Shown here piece by piece: positions 61,974 through 64,000 of a stretch of 64,000 bases of DNA (the first letter of the stretch is position 1; every line of letters starts with the position of its first letter). The stretch covers positions 1,173,137 through 1,237,136 of the forward strand of contig NMRA01000047.1 of assembly GCA_002633005.1 (NCBI GenBank). The letters are read 5' to 3'. The notes under the pieces were generated by a model. The model ran no database searches. It was not told where the DNA came from and was given only the letters and a program-made list of their open reading frames with translations. Made by a program: the position numbers and the translations under genes. This stretch comes from Phoronis australis. Lineage: Eukaryota > Animalia > Phoronida.

Positions 61974-63280
61974 AGGCGAAGGCAACCTGTTTTCATGTCA
62001 TTTTTAGCAAAAATAAGGTTCGTTGATTATCCCAGACATATTTTTCACTTATTTACTGCTTTTCGTAATTTAATTAATTACTCGTCGTCTACTCCGGAAG
62101 TGGCGTTTTGGGAGGAAAGCATTTCGCGCCAATTTCTTTTCATATAGTCTGACTGTGAGAGCAGTCGAGTCGGTCATTGTTTTACTTCGGTTGTGATAAG
62201 TTCGGTCGTCGTTTGCCTTTGCTTACGAGTCAGTCAACATGCCACACTGTTGCTGCGTACTGGGTACACTCATTATCGTCTCACGTACAGAGGAAGAACT
62301 GTCCCACTTGCCCGAGTGTCCCGCAACACACTCCCACTGGAGGGTGATCTGAGCACCCAAACTGCTTGCATCCCGCCGTGTGACACCTGGCACCTTCCAA
62401 ATAGCTCCAATACAAGTCCACAATAAACTTATCAAACTTAGGCACACCGATCTGTTCATTGGATGACGAACTGTCCTCTTCACTGGGTGTCGAACTGTGC
62501 CTGTATTCACTCCCACTACTCAACATCGCTACAGGGCTGCTTACAGGCTCTGCCGGGACTAGAGACAACAACACAGGGAGAATCACTGCTAGTTCCCGGA
62601 ATTGCACGCAATGGGCTACGTTCGGAGGCACGGGTTACAGTAGATGAAGTGCTTTCAGTAACTGTATATAGTGGCCAAAGCTCGCGAGGCTTCTCGCTTC
62701 AAAAACGCACTTTTCGGGGTTGGCGACGGGGCACTGCCGGGAATCAACAGCGACGGTATGATACCCTTCTTCAGGCGTTGTTTCGCAGGGACCTTCATCA
62801 ATTCAGCGTACATATCTCTGTCATAATCTGACTGCAGAAAATGCTTGCCACACACTCGGTAACCCTCCACTGCTTTGTACGTTGCGTGGACGGGTAGCGC
62901 TGCGTTCTTCACATGAACGGGCTAGTCAAGTACGGCGAAGTGTGGAGTCATCCTTCGGAAAGCGACGCAAGGTACCCAAAGCGCGTGTGAGACGATAATG
63001 AGTACATCCCGGCACGCAGCAACAGCGTGACATGTTGACTGACTTGTAAACAAAAGCAAATGACTATCGAACTTATCACAAACGAGGTAGAATAATGACT
63101 GACTCGACAGCTCTCACAAAATTGGCGCGAAACTCTTGCCTCCCAAAACGTCACTTCCGGAGTAGAGGACGAGAAATTAATCAAGTTACGAAAAGCTGTA
63201 ATTAAGTGAAAAATGTGTCTGGGATAATCAACGAACCTTATTTTTGCTAAAAGTGACATGAAAAAAGGGAGCCTTCGCCT
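61974..63280 (-). mobile_element. Non-autonomous Kolobok-type DNA transposon with ~300-bp TIRs and a THAP/transposase remnant
   Basis: TTAA|AGGCGAAGG ... CCTTCGCCT|TTAA; TIRs at ~61974-62285 and ~62985-63280. The interior encodes (minus strand) RVCGKHF...RLKKGIIPSL (THAP C-terminal half) and frameshifted KFIV...LLELF..C...WECVAGH..KWDS fragments. Confidence 0.85.
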
Positions 63281-64000
63281 TTAACTCGGTGAAAGTACAT
63301 GTATATCCACTGCCTGAAAGCTGAAAACCTGTAGAATTTGATGATTGACTTTATGCTATGAATTAGGACTATGTTTTTTTGTAGCAAAATTTAGAAAAAA
63401 AGAAAGGTACACTCAAAGCAAAACAACGGTATCAATAACATGACTAAATTTCGTTTCATATTGTTCAAGATGAAATTTCAAAAACACTGTTACAGTTTTC
63501 TAAATTGCCAAATTTGAGCATTTTTCGAACATCTTTCATAACCTTTATGACCGTTTGTTATGACTTCTTGTGGGCCAGGTGAAATACTACTCCGTCGACC
63601 TTGGAAAGAATTTTCACAGCGTCGTAAACGTGCCTTCCATCCAGTTCTACACGTCGGTTTGTGATCCGCCATGGCATTGTTGGAACGGGGTTCCAATAGA
63701 CGCCCTTTTTAACTGTCAACGAAAAACAAACCAGAATAGTTTTAAACAATTATTCTGTGAATGCTAAAATCCAGTTGTGTGACTCGCACTTTCAATACAT
63801 TTCAACTATTCTAAACGTGTGTTTTTGTTAAGTATTTTTCAAGTAGTTCGATGAACAGGTTGGCATAGGCCTACTTATCGCAATAAAATTATCCTCTAGG
63901 GAGCAAAAATCAGAATACGTCAAATCCATCCGTAGACGAGAGAATGACGGCCTCCTTGATAAATACTAATTTGTTAAATTTCGGGAAATTCCATCCAACG

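Overview
AT-rich (low-GC), intron-rich eukaryotic genomic DNA that looks like an invertebrate animal; this is inferred from gene content and repeat types, and the species cannot be determined here. Reading splice sites by hand reconstructs five conserved genes: CFAP97D2-like (+, 5 exons), ANAPC10 (+, 3 coding exons), the piRNA-pathway pseudonuclease EXD1 (-, 11 exons), an intronless galactocerebrosidase GALC (+, head-to-head with EXD1) and WBP4 (+, 7 exons, split start codon). There is also a 138-aa two-exon gene with a permuted papain-like (LRAT/PPPDE-type) His...His...Asn-Cys signature and a ~260-aa orphan ORF with a probable frameshifted tail. Repeats include Helentron-derived HINE/pearl-like elements, Kolobok-type elements with TTAA target duplications, several MITE families, LINE and SINE remnants, minisatellites, and a duplication at an assembly gap. 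The most interesting unexplained signals are: (1) a HINE carrying an array of co-oriented CTCF-consensus motifs at 145-161 bp spacing between two convergent genes; (2) a ~370-nt nested-helix candidate structured RNA divergent from the ANAPC10 promoter; (3) the small cysteine-hydrolase-like gene with ISRE/kB-like motifs and a possible uORF splice switch; (4) one foldback element family sitting in the first intron of three different genes. Family assignments come from recalled sequence motifs, not from database searches.
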